Source of the DNA: Bacteriovoracaceae bacterium | Lineage (GTDB): Bacteria > Bdellovibrionota > Bacteriovoracia > Bacteriovoracales > Bacteriovoracaceae | NCBI GenBank assembly: GCA_018649885.1 | Contig: JABIHA010000130.1 | Span: forward strand, 1-39,214 | Direction: 5' to 3' | Length of the DNA: 39,214 nucleotides | Shown here: in pieces, positions 9,759 to 18,137 of the stretch | How positions within the stretch are numbered: the stretch's first letter is position 1 | How the letters are laid out: each line of letters opens with the position of its first letter | The notes under the pieces: generated by a model | What the model was told of the DNA's origin: nothing | Databases searched by the model: none | Seen by the model: only the letters and a program-made list of their open reading frames with translations | Program-made: the position numbers and the translations under genes

Positions 9759-10112
9759 ATGAAAAATCAACTTTTCAGAGTAGGCATTGTAGGCATAATT
9801 GCGCTTAGCTCTTTTCACGCTTTTGCAAACTGCAGTGAAGAATTGACTAAAAGTTCTAGCAGAACTTTTAAAGTTGCCACTGATTTCGATAGTGAAAACT
9901 CTAATGTGGTAAATGCTAAAAAGATGGTAAATAGAGCTCTCGAGCAAATTAATTGTCCCGCGCTAGATGATACTGTAAGTGCAAGCTGCCAAGAGATTGT
10001 TCCAAAGAATTCATTATCTACTGTATGCTACATTGAAAGTGATTTAGGCCATTTTTTTACAATTAGTGATCTGGCCGACACGGGAAGTGTTGTGCTTAAT
10101 ATTTGGGACTAA
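9759..10112 (+). CDS. Small secreted protein with 4 Cys
   Basis: Signal peptide ending AFA; start probably ATG 9753 or 9759. Confidence 0.75.
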   Translation: MKNQLFRVGIVGIIALSSFHAFANCSEELTKSSSRTFKVATDFDSENSNVVNAKKMVNRALEQINCPALDDTVSASCQEIVPKNSLSTVCYIESDLGHFFTISDLADTGSVVLNIWD

Positions 10113-10289
10113 CTGCTAGTTTATAAAAGGTATAAAAGGTGCTATAAAAGGTGCCAGGTACGTGATCTAGTGAATCTAACCCATTCACCGTGTACCTGCC
10201 ATTAATATAATAGTCGCGAATTTCTGGATGGGCCTTTTTAAAACCATCGGTGTTGAAGACCCTCTCAAGTGCTTTCACATACCTTTGTC

Positions 10290-11201
10290 CTATTCGCCAC
10301 CAAGGCTAGTACCGGGTAACTCTTCTTCATTTGGTGTTATTGAAACTTGTTCTGGTTTGCACCTTTCTGGTAAGGCCATCTCCAAAAATTGCTCTTGAGT
10401 AAATTTACTTGGAATACCACCCAACTCTTCGCTAATAGCGGTTGGAATAATAGCTAATTTAGAATCATCACCTTTTTTTACAGATAGGTTATCTCTATAG
10501 TTATGTGAAGGAAAAAAAGTATCACCATAAGAAAATCCAGTTCTATGGTCTTTTCCAAGGCTAATTGAGGGACAAGTCTTTACTTTAATCTTTTCGAAAC
10601 CTAGACTAGCTAGCTCAACAGGAATCTCTACTTCTAGGCAGGCCGTAATAATTGCATCTTTGCTAGAATTCCAAAAGCCAGTCGTTAATTTAATTTCTAG
10701 CTCTTCACTCTTGTACACACTATATCTCGCAGCATAATAATCTAGTCTTGTTATGGATTCATCAACACAAGAGTGCCTACCATATCCTTCAATAAGGCTT
10801 TCACGCTTATTCGGATCTTCTCCCCTTTGTCTTGAAAATGCTTCACTCAGAAGGTGATAACGACCAGAAGAAAGCAGCTCTATAACTTCCTGATCAATCC
10901 CTACCAATTTGCCATCTTCATTTAATTCGTCCAATGTATCTAAGTGTCGAGAAATGTCATAATCTCTAACCTGATCACGTAGCCTATATAGTAGCCTTTG
11001 TTGCTTTTCATATCTCTGCTTTAGCTCACCATCGATAACAGCAGATATATCCTCATAGGCCGATACGGTTGCTTCGGTCAGCTCTCTACAACTAGCTGGC
11101 TCGCTAGCTCTTAAGCTCTGTGAAAGGAAAGTGATGGTTGTTATAAATAGCATTAGAAATTGAATAGATTTTATTGAGTTTAAAAACATCATTTCCCCCA
11201 A
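10290..11201 (-). CDS. Secreted hypothetical protein
   Basis: 303-aa ORF with an N-terminal hydrophobic signal; true start probably an ATG a few codons in. Confidence 0.75.
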   Translation of the reverse strand: MGEMMFLNSIKSIQFLMLFITTITFLSQSLRASEPASCRELTEATVSAYEDISAVIDGELKQRYEKQQRLLYRLRDQVRDYDISRHLDTLDELNEDGKLVGIDQEVIELLSSGRYHLLSEAFSRQRGEDPNKRESLIEGYGRHSCVDESITRLDYYAARYSVYKSEELEIKLTTGFWNSSKDAIITACLEVEIPVELASLGFEKIKVKTCPSISLGKDHRTGFSYGDTFFPSHNYRDNLSVKKGDDSKLAIIPTAISEELGGIPSKFTQEQFLEMALPERCKPEQVSITPNEEELPGTSLGGE

Positions 11202-11477
11202 GGACTTGACTAAATATTATTTTATACAGCTAAGTGGTACAATTTTCATTCCAGCTCTAAATAACAGTAAGCATAAGGAGCCCCAGTTTGCGATTGAATA
11301 AAGAGTTTGCAGATGTCAATTATAAGAACATGTATCTTGACACTAAAAGGGCTTAAACTCGGTACGATTTTTATGAATCAATTCGAATTTTTCTTTAAAC
11401 AAATGAACCTTAATGTATAAAGTTTAATCGCTGTCAAAAATGGAGACAGTGTTTTAACACAATTTCAACCCGTTATA

Positions 11478-11494
11478 TTGGCACAGAGATTGCT
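11478..11494 (+). promoter_or_regulatory. Sigma54 (-24/-12) promoter
   Basis: TTGGCACAGAGATTGCT matches TGGCAC-N5-TTGC exactly, about 50 nt upstream of the 11543 ORF. Confidence 0.8.
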
Positions 11495-11542
11495 CTATAA
11501 ATACGTATAAAAAGTGTCAGGAAGACGCATTGGAGATCAAGG

Positions 11543-12655
11543 ATGAAATCAAACAACTCAATCGTTAAGTTAACTCTTCTATTATTCATTATTATTTTCG
11601 AAGGATGCAGTGGATCTGATGGCGCAGCTCAAGGCAGTGGGGGACAAGCACCTGAAGCCTCAATTAACTCACCTCAAGAGCCTGAGGCTACAAATAACCT
11701 GCCTAAGGATGCATTTGTTCTATTATCCTCTCACTCAGGAGAGACTGTAAGTGAGAGCGTTACTTCTCTAAATGGGACTATCGTTAATGTTGAGTCTAAT
11801 ATCTATAATGTTTTGATGAGTCTTCCAGAGTATGATCAGCACAAAATTGCTTCGTGGACAAGAAATGGAGCAGGTTCAAATGGCTACACTTGGGGTCTTA
11901 CACAAAATGGGAAAATTTATACTGTCAAAACAACAACCAGTCATGATGACTCTGAAACAAAATGGATAAGAGAGATTAACCCTAACAGTGGTCAAGTGGT
12001 CAGTGAGTGTAGATTTAATAATGATAGTGCCTATGGCAGATTTACACTAAAGGGAAATGAAGTCTTTTTCTTTTCTTCTATTAGAAGAGATCTATATGGC
12101 AATATCACTTCAGGCGGAAATCTTACAAAAAAGAACTGTGATACGGGAGTTGAAACAAGCTTAAGCAGTTTTGATAAGGCCTTAGGGGGCGTTCCCTATT
12201 TTGCAGGAAATAAGCTTTTAATGGTCTCTAAAATAAGTGTTGGAAATAGCTCATACTATTTCATAATCAGAGAAGTAAGCCAGTCGACAGGAGTAACTCT
12301 TAAGCTTTGGCATTCATTTTATGGAAACTTAGCAACCAAATTCTCATCAGAAAGTGATGGAATATACTGGGCCACATCAGCACTTAGAAGATCAGGCGAC
12401 TACAATGTGAGCGTTAATAGAATTTCTACTCTCAAGGTTGATTTAGGAGCTGAGTATCTCTTTAATGACACTGCAAGTGATAGTCGAATTGCCCTTGACG
12501 TGGAAGACGGAAAGGTTCTTTTAGTTACCAAGTCTGATCAACCTATTTATCAAGTATTTGACGTAAATAAGGGAACACTTGAGCAAATGGATGTCGACTC
12601 AAGACTCTACTCAACATTAGTAAATGGTAATGCTGAATTTATGATCGCAAAGTAA
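11543..12655 (+). CDS. Putative lipoprotein, beta-rich (possible propeller)
   Basis: GGAG SD; signal ending FEG-C, then a low-complexity S/G/P linker and a beta-strand-rich body. Confidence 0.8.
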   Translation: MKSNNSIVKLTLLLFIIIFEGCSGSDGAAQGSGGQAPEASINSPQEPEATNNLPKDAFVLLSSHSGETVSESVTSLNGTIVNVESNIYNVLMSLPEYDQHKIASWTRNGAGSNGYTWGLTQNGKIYTVKTTTSHDDSETKWIREINPNSGQVVSECRFNNDSAYGRFTLKGNEVFFFSSIRRDLYGNITSGGNLTKKNCDTGVETSLSSFDKALGGVPYFAGNKLLMVSKISVGNSSYYFIIREVSQSTGVTLKLWHSFYGNLATKFSSESDGIYWATSALRRSGDYNVSVNRISTLKVDLGAEYLFNDTASDSRIALDVEDGKVLLVTKSDQPIYQVFDVNKGTLEQMDVDSRLYSTLVNGNAEFMIAK

Positions 12656-12689
12656 GCCTGTACCTACTGAACATATTAGCTATAGTTGG

Positions 12690-13868
12690 TCACTCTATCT
12701 CAGTGTTCTCTATCTTTTCGACAAGTTGATCGTACTCTGCTTTAGCGCTGCCTCTACAATATTTCATGCGTGCAGTTTCGTAGCTTGGGTGAAGACATTC
12801 TTCTGCCAGTGAGAGAATAGATTTGTGGTCCATGGAGCGATAGATTTCACAGCCACTGCTGAGTTCTAGTGACTCCTGCTTGCTCAGTTGAAAAGGGATC
12901 ATTTCATAGAGTGTTTGAAAGTCATTTTCTCTTATTTTCGAAAATTTGAACTTCATGTAATTTCCCTTGTCGAGGTCACCCGGTTTGGGATTTCGACATT
13001 CGGTAACTCGCTTAAGGTTGGTGCTGTTCCAGGCATCGGAGAAGATGCCTTTAGGGGCCATCAACTCTGCGTACGAGCCGCGTTTTGGATTGAGACGGAT
13101 AGTGCTATGAGCGAGAAAACCAGTAGAATCTTTACCAACGTTGTACGAATCTATGGCCTGGACATCAAAGCACTTAAAGGCATAAGTATCCAAGACATTT
13201 TTAGTAAGCGCCTGACAGTCTTGGCAGTTGACGGTGCATTTTTTTCGGTCGTCCTCACTACATGGGAACATTGAACTGCAGCTATTTGCGTAACAGCCAG
13301 AGATGCCAGAGGCCTGATGCCAGATAAAATTTAATTCAGATTCTTTGCATTCTTTTTCTGATCTAGCTATGCTGCTCAATTCGCAATTGATATCCTTGCT
13401 ACATGAGTAGATGTCCATACCATACTGGTAGCAGTAACTGATCGCTTGATCATTTTGAACATCTTGCATCGACCCACCATTGCGTGCGGGCCGACAAAGG
13501 GAAACCTTTCCTAGCTCAACACAGCCTTTAATCGATTGAAGGTTTCGATCCCAGGGTCTGGGCCTACAAACATGCTTGCAGCGTTCGTAGTCTCTGACAA
13601 AGGGTTGGGTGTATCGTTTATCAGTCCATAAACTCCAGGACCTTTGACAGGGATTAGCGCCCCAAAGAAGAGTCGTGGCCTCTGATTTGGGGTGAGTGCC
13701 ATCGAGAGTCTTTTCTAAAAGATCTCTCGCAACTCCTACTTCCTCCAAATATGTGGAGCGGTCACAGCCACAGCCACTTTTTTCCACTTTTGGGAAGTCA
13801 CACATATCCTGTGCGTAAGTGGGGCCAAATAAAAAAAATAGAGTCGTAATTAAAAATATATGTCTCAT
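12690..13868 (-). CDS. Secreted Cys-rich protein (23 Cys), possible papain/transglutaminase-like triad
   Basis: Signal peptide ending TYA; VNC(215)...AH(254)STI...SD(278)AW. Confidence 0.8.
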   Translation of the reverse strand: MRHIFLITTLFFLFGPTYAQDMCDFPKVEKSGCGCDRSTYLEEVGVARDLLEKTLDGTHPKSEATTLLWGANPCQRSWSLWTDKRYTQPFVRDYERCKHVCRPRPWDRNLQSIKGCVELGKVSLCRPARNGGSMQDVQNDQAISYCYQYGMDIYSCSKDINCELSSIARSEKECKESELNFIWHQASGISGCYANSCSSMFPCSEDDRKKCTVNCQDCQALTKNVLDTYAFKCFDVQAIDSYNVGKDSTGFLAHSTIRLNPKRGSYAELMAPKGIFSDAWNSTNLKRVTECRNPKPGDLDKGNYMKFKFSKIRENDFQTLYEMIPFQLSKQESLELSSGCEIYRSMDHKSILSLAEECLHPSYETARMKYCRGSAKAEYDQLVEKIENTEIE

Positions 13869-13879
13869 CTCTACAAAAA

Positions 13880-13907
13880 TTATCGGACACTATATTTGAA
13901 TACTTTA
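13880..13907 (-). promoter_or_regulatory. Sigma28 (FliA)-like promoter
   Basis: Minus strand TAAA-N16-TCCGATAA (consensus TAAA-N15/16-GCCGATAA), 11 nt before the ATG at 13868. Confidence 0.5.
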
Positions 13908-13920
13908 TGTTCAAATACCA

Positions 13921-14310
13921 TTACTGAGCTAAAGAATTTAACCAACTTGTGTCACTACCTAACTCACGAAATAGAACTGTATTCATAAATGAGGCACTAT
14001 CATCAATAACGAGTTTTGCCTCTAAAGCCTGAAAGGCCTTAGTCGCGATTTCGCGACTTGGCCATTTTTGGTATGCTATTTCTACACTGCCTGTGTTTAG
14101 TACAAGATATCCTTCAAGTCCGTGAGACTTAAAGCTCTCTTTTACTAACTCAATGTGGTCACTAAGCCGGTCGTTGAAACACTCTTCACTTGTATCAGCA
14201 GATTCTTTCCCCGAGAGTCCAAGCACTTAAAAAATTAGTAATTGATTCGGTTTAATATTGATCGCTGGATCCCAATACCAACTGACTAAAATCACTATAT
14301 GTACACACAC
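13921..14310 (-). pseudogene. Hypothetical gene (EthD/ABM-like alpha-beta barrel appearance), probably interrupted by TAA at 14227-14229
   Basis: The frame continues upstream of the track ORF as VCVHIVILVSWYWDPAINIKPNQLLIF*VLGLSG; in-frame GTG at 14310 with GGAG 9 nt upstream. Confidence 0.4.
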
Positions 14311-14401
14311 ACACTTTTTCTCCGTTGATAACAATCATTCACTAATACTATCTTTGGCCGTAATCCAATAGACAAAATAATTTGCAAGGAGGAATTTGCT
14401 T

Positions 14402-15208
14402 ATGAAAATGTTAACTACATTCATGTTCTTGATTAGCTCTACTGTTTTTGCTGGTACGGTGACCCTGAAGGGCGTCTCTGAAATTAGTGAAGGCCCTGAT
14501 TATGTGGCACTATCTATAAAGGTTCAGACGAAATGCTATTCCACTGCAATCCAATCCAATCAGGATATAGTCAAGCTATCAATGGGACTGCAAAACATTA
14601 TCAAACAGCACTTATCGTTTGAAAAGGGTGATGAAATGTTTGTTAGAGCGGGTCTAACTACTAGGCGTAGAGAAACCACTGTGACCTATGATGAATTGAC
14701 AAGAAGAAGTCATACTAAGGTACTTTGTGAAAAGGGCTGGACAAGTTCTCGGACCATTGATCTCAAATTTGGCAATATGTATTTATGGAATACACTAAAC
14801 CCGGCCCTATTAGAGCACATCGACGCTTTAGAAAAAAATAGTACGCCTGACCAGAAGGCCTTTGTAAAGGCCACTATTTTTGAGCCAAGACCCAGGCTCA
14901 ATAGGGATACTGAAATGATGATGAAGGAGCAGGCGCTTGGGGAAGCTTTATCAGATGCCTCCAACAAATTTCAGATTATCAAAAGGCTATGTAAGCTTGA
15001 AAATGCCAAAATTACTGCACTTTCGGAAAATTCGAGAGTAATTCTCACAAGAGGTGGCAAGAGAGTTGATTATTCGACCACAGAGGTGCTGATTTTTGAT
15101 GATCTCAAGGTTCATCTCTCTTGGAGTGTGACCTGGGAATTCGAAAACAGTAGCGGAAAGTGTGACAATTTCATTGCTGATCTTATACAAAAAATAAAGT
15201 CGAGATAA
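14402..15208 (+). CDS. SIMPL (DUF541) domain secreted protein
   Basis: AAGGAGG SD, signal peptide, TVTLKGVSEI...PDYVALSI, and ALGEALSDA..K...I. Confidence 0.8.
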   Translation: MKMLTTFMFLISSTVFAGTVTLKGVSEISEGPDYVALSIKVQTKCYSTAIQSNQDIVKLSMGLQNIIKQHLSFEKGDEMFVRAGLTTRRRETTVTYDELTRRSHTKVLCEKGWTSSRTIDLKFGNMYLWNTLNPALLEHIDALEKNSTPDQKAFVKATIFEPRPRLNRDTEMMMKEQALGEALSDASNKFQIIKRLCKLENAKITALSENSRVILTRGGKRVDYSTTEVLIFDDLKVHLSWSVTWEFENSSGKCDNFIADLIQKIKSR

Positions 15209-15327
15209 AAACTAAGGCACAAATGCTGCGCTTAGTTGGTCCGTGACCGGTTTCACTTGGCAATAAGCGTCTGTTTAGCTAAGTTCGGCCATAATTCAAA
15301 TTATTTAACTATTCTGTAGGGGAAATT

Positions 15328-15942
15328 ATGGACACGGATCAGCAAAAAGTAAGTTATATCATCGGTCGCCAGATTGGTGGAGATTTTAGAAATCAGGGCA
15401 TTGAAATAAATTTTGATGATTTCTCTCAAGGCGTTCGTTCAGCATTTCTTGCAGAAGCAAGTGAAGTTGATGAAGCAGAGACTGCAAGAGTTATGAATGC
15501 TTTTCAACAAAAAATGCAGGCCAAGGCTCAAGAAATGGCAAGTAAAATGGGTGATAAAAATAGGACTCTAGGTGAAACATTTCTTGCAGAGAACAAAACT
15601 AAAGAAGGTGTTTTAGTAACAGCTTCTGGTCTTCAGTATCGTGTTCTTGAAACAGGTTCAGGAAAATCTGCAGAGCTTACTTCAACTGTCGAAACTCATT
15701 ATGAAGGAGCTTTGATAGATGGAACTGTTTTTGATTCATCTTACAAAAGAGGCGAAACAACTTCTTTTCCAGTTAATGGAGTTATTCCAGGTTGGACCGA
15801 AGCTCTTCAACTTATGAAAGAAGGAGATATTTGGGAACTCGTTATACCTTCTGATTTGGCCTATGGAGCTCAAGGAGCTGGTCAGGCCATTGAACCACAC
15901 TCAACATTAAAATTTAAAGTAGAATTGATTACAGTTAAATAA
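15328..15942 (+). CDS. fklB: FKBP-type peptidyl-prolyl isomerase with N-terminal dimerisation domain (FklB/Mip type)
   Basis: SYIIG, TASGLQY, HYEG.LIDGTVFDSS, VIPGWTEALQLM, IPSDLAYG; no signal peptide. Confidence 0.93.
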   Translation: MDTDQQKVSYIIGRQIGGDFRNQGIEINFDDFSQGVRSAFLAEASEVDEAETARVMNAFQQKMQAKAQEMASKMGDKNRTLGETFLAENKTKEGVLVTASGLQYRVLETGSGKSAELTSTVETHYEGALIDGTVFDSSYKRGETTSFPVNGVIPGWTEALQLMKEGDIWELVIPSDLAYGAQGAGQAIEPHSTLKFKVELITVK

Positions 15943-15953
15943 TACAATCTTTC

Positions 15954-15986
15954 AGGCAGGCCGCCATGTAATGGCGAAGCCTGCCT
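15954..15986 (+). terminator. GC-rich stem-loop after fklB
   Basis: AGGCAGGC-CGCCAT-GTA-ATGGCG-AA-GCCTGCCT, followed by a weak T tract. Confidence 0.6.
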
Positions 15987-16011
15987 TTCACACTTTAAAA
16001 AAGGTGTCCCC

Positions 16012-16884
16012 ATTAAAATAAAAAATTTAAATCCTGGTCTTTGCAAGCTAGAGGTAGATCATTTTCACCACTTAGGGATTAATTCTAATGAGAAAATAGT
16101 TGAGAGCTTTAGGGATGTGAAATTTGTTTGTATGGGGGGAAGTGCAAGAAGAGCACTCACATTTGCAAAGCTTTTAGCAAGAGAATTTGGGTATGATGAT
16201 CGAGAGGTGTTAGCTTATGGGGATACCGAGAGATACTCTCTTTATAAAGTTGGACCAGTTATTTCTGTCTCCCATGGTATTGGGATCCCTTCGTTATCTA
16301 TATTATTAAATGAAATGACGAAATTGTTAATTTCTGCAAAAGCTCAGAATCCTGTATATATTAGAATGGGAACTTCTGGAGGAATTGGGGTTGAGCCTGG
16401 TACTGTTGTTCTAACGACAGAGAGTATTTCACCGAAACTTACGCCAGTTTTTGAGCAAACTGTAATGGGGGAGACAAGGTACTATCCTACACTTCTTACA
16501 CAAAATTTAAATGATGAAATTTACCAACTTAGAAACCAGCTCCCAGTCACCATGGGAAAAACTTTTTCAACTAATAGTTTTTATGAAGAGCAAATGAGAA
16601 GCGATGGCCTATTTAATCCAAGCTTTTCAAACTCAGAAAAATTAGAGTTTCTTCACAAGCTATATGAAATGGGCGTTCGAAATATTGAGATGGAGTCACT
16701 CGCGTTATCAGCATTTTGCTTGCAAGCTGAAATTCCTGTAGCGGTGGCCTGTGTGACACTACTTGATCGATTGAAAGGTGACCAGGTTCTCGCTAGTAAA
16801 GAAGAGCTTCTCGACTACTCAAATCGCTCACATCAATTGATACTCTCTTACATTAAATCAAAAATAGAAAATGGTGCCATGTAA
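16012..16884 (+). CDS. Uridine phosphorylase, animal UPP1/UPP2 type
   Basis: DVKFVCMGGS, YKVGPVISVSHGIGIPS, IRMGTSGGIG.EPGTVV, GVRNIEMES, CVTLLDRL.GDQ. Similarity extends 35 codons upstream of the track's GTG at 16117. Confidence 0.9.
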   Translation: MKIKNLNPGLCKLEVDHFHHLGINSNEKIVESFRDVKFVCMGGSARRALTFAKLLAREFGYDDREVLAYGDTERYSLYKVGPVISVSHGIGIPSLSILLNEMTKLLISAKAQNPVYIRMGTSGGIGVEPGTVVLTTESISPKLTPVFEQTVMGETRYYPTLLTQNLNDEIYQLRNQLPVTMGKTFSTNSFYEEQMRSDGLFNPSFSNSEKLEFLHKLYEMGVRNIEMESLALSAFCLQAEIPVAVACVTLLDRLKGDQVLASKEELLDYSNRSHQLILSYIKSKIENGAM

Positions 16885-17547
16885 TTATAATCGACTATAG
16901 TAATGGACACTACCCTTAAGCTTACTTTGAAACTCATCATAAAATATTCGCTCATCTTTTGAATGGGCAAAACCAATGGCTTTCATTTGTTTTTTGAACT
17001 CTTTTTGATTTCCCCTATTGGGATCAACAATAATGACTTCACATTTTTGGCGAGAATGCAGGTTAATAAAGTTGGAAAGATCAGCTGAGTCGTCTCGCTG
17101 ATAGAGAACATCGCTGCCAATAATTAAATCAAATTGTTCACGCTCCGGTAATTCATGACCGTTTTCCCAATCTGCATGAATAAACGGTATAGGCTCACAT
17201 TGATTAATTCTAATATTCTCGGTAAGAAAGGTTGCTACTGAAGGATGATTATCAGTTACTTTTATACTTGCTCCGCGCAGGCTAAGTAAAATACTGGGTA
17301 GCGCCAAACCACAACCCACTTCCAGTATATTTAAATTCTTGATTTTTCTGGTTAGCATCACTTCCGCTAGAATTAAACTCGATGGCCACAAGACACCAAA
17401 TAGAGGAAATTGAGTATCACAGATGTCTGCATCCTGGGCCATGCTACTTTCATGGTGAAAATCCAGTATATCCCTAAGCGAGCGAATATGGATTTCCATA
17501 TCGCCGATCTCAACAGTCTGGTAGCGGTATCTAAGAGGATCTATCAT
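16885..17547 (-). CDS. Class I SAM methyltransferase, Methyltransf_16 (METTL21-like) family
   Basis: FGVLWPSS..LA, ILEVGCGLALPS, VTD, FDLIIGSDVLY. Start likely ATG 17547. Confidence 0.88.
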   Translation of the reverse strand: MIDPLRYRYQTVEIGDMEIHIRSLRDILDFHHESSMAQDADICDTQFPLFGVLWPSSLILAEVMLTRKIKNLNILEVGCGLALPSILLSLRGASIKVTDNHPSVATFLTENIRINQCEPIPFIHADWENGHELPEREQFDLIIGSDVLYQRDDSADLSNFINLHSRQKCEVIIVDPNRGNQKEFKKQMKAIGFAHSKDERIFYDEFQSKLKGSVHYYSRL

Positions 17548-17646
17548 GCTTTTATCCTTGCACCTTTTATCGAGAGTTAGCAAGACAATTGCACAAAGCA
17601 TTTAGAGAAATTTACAAATTCTTTCAAAAAGGGGAAAATTAGATTT

Positions 17647-18084
17647 ATGAAGTTGAAAAAAGAGTGCAAAATTAAATTCTATGGTTTTACCATAGAGCCT
17701 ATTATTCTCACTATCCTTACATTAGTTTATCTTTGGCCAGAGGGAAGAATTCCTAATATTGGAGTTCTCATTGCATTTTTTAGTTTATTTTCAATCTACT
17801 TGGTAGTTTTTTTTACTTTGATAAAAATGGAGCTAGATTCTCAGAAAAATATCATCAACAACAATAAATTTATTGAAGCTACTTTTTTAGAATATAAAGA
17901 AGTTTGTGGTCCTGAAGAAAGTACTACTGAACATTATCTTTTTTTTGGAAAGGAAGACCAAGAGAGGCATGTTTATAGCTTGGTTGGAATGACTATGAGA
18001 AAATGGCTTGCTTCAGAATATATATATTCCGTTGGTGAAACTGATAAACTTTATATTGATCCTTATAATCAAAAAAGATTTTGA
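17647..18084 (+). CDS. Hypothetical membrane protein with 2 TM helices
   Basis: Two hydrophobic segments; C-terminal YSVG....LYIDPYN. Confidence 0.65.
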   Translation: MKLKKECKIKFYGFTIEPIILTILTLVYLWPEGRIPNIGVLIAFFSLFSIYLVVFFTLIKMELDSQKNIINNNKFIEATFLEYKEVCGPEESTTEHYLFFGKEDQERHVYSLVGMTMRKWLASEYIYSVGETDKLYIDPYNQKRF

Positions 18085-18137
18085 CTAGAAAACTTTCTAT
18101 TTACCAAGAATGAGGTTAAGGTTTTTTTTAAAAGAAC

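Noticed and set aside
10096..10278. 60-aa ORF with a small TATAAAAGG(TG) repeat
   Set aside because: No clear SD or family motif; it may be a remnant, and the evidence is insufficient.
15215..15229. Second sigma54 promoter (AGGCAC-N5-CTGC) upstream of fklB
   Set aside because: Two mismatches to the consensus, and no evident enhancer site.
15328..16884. FKBP-uridine phosphorylase read-through fusion (same frame)
   Set aside because: fklB ends at its normal C-terminus with TAA and is followed by a strong hairpin; sharing a frame has a 1-in-3 chance.
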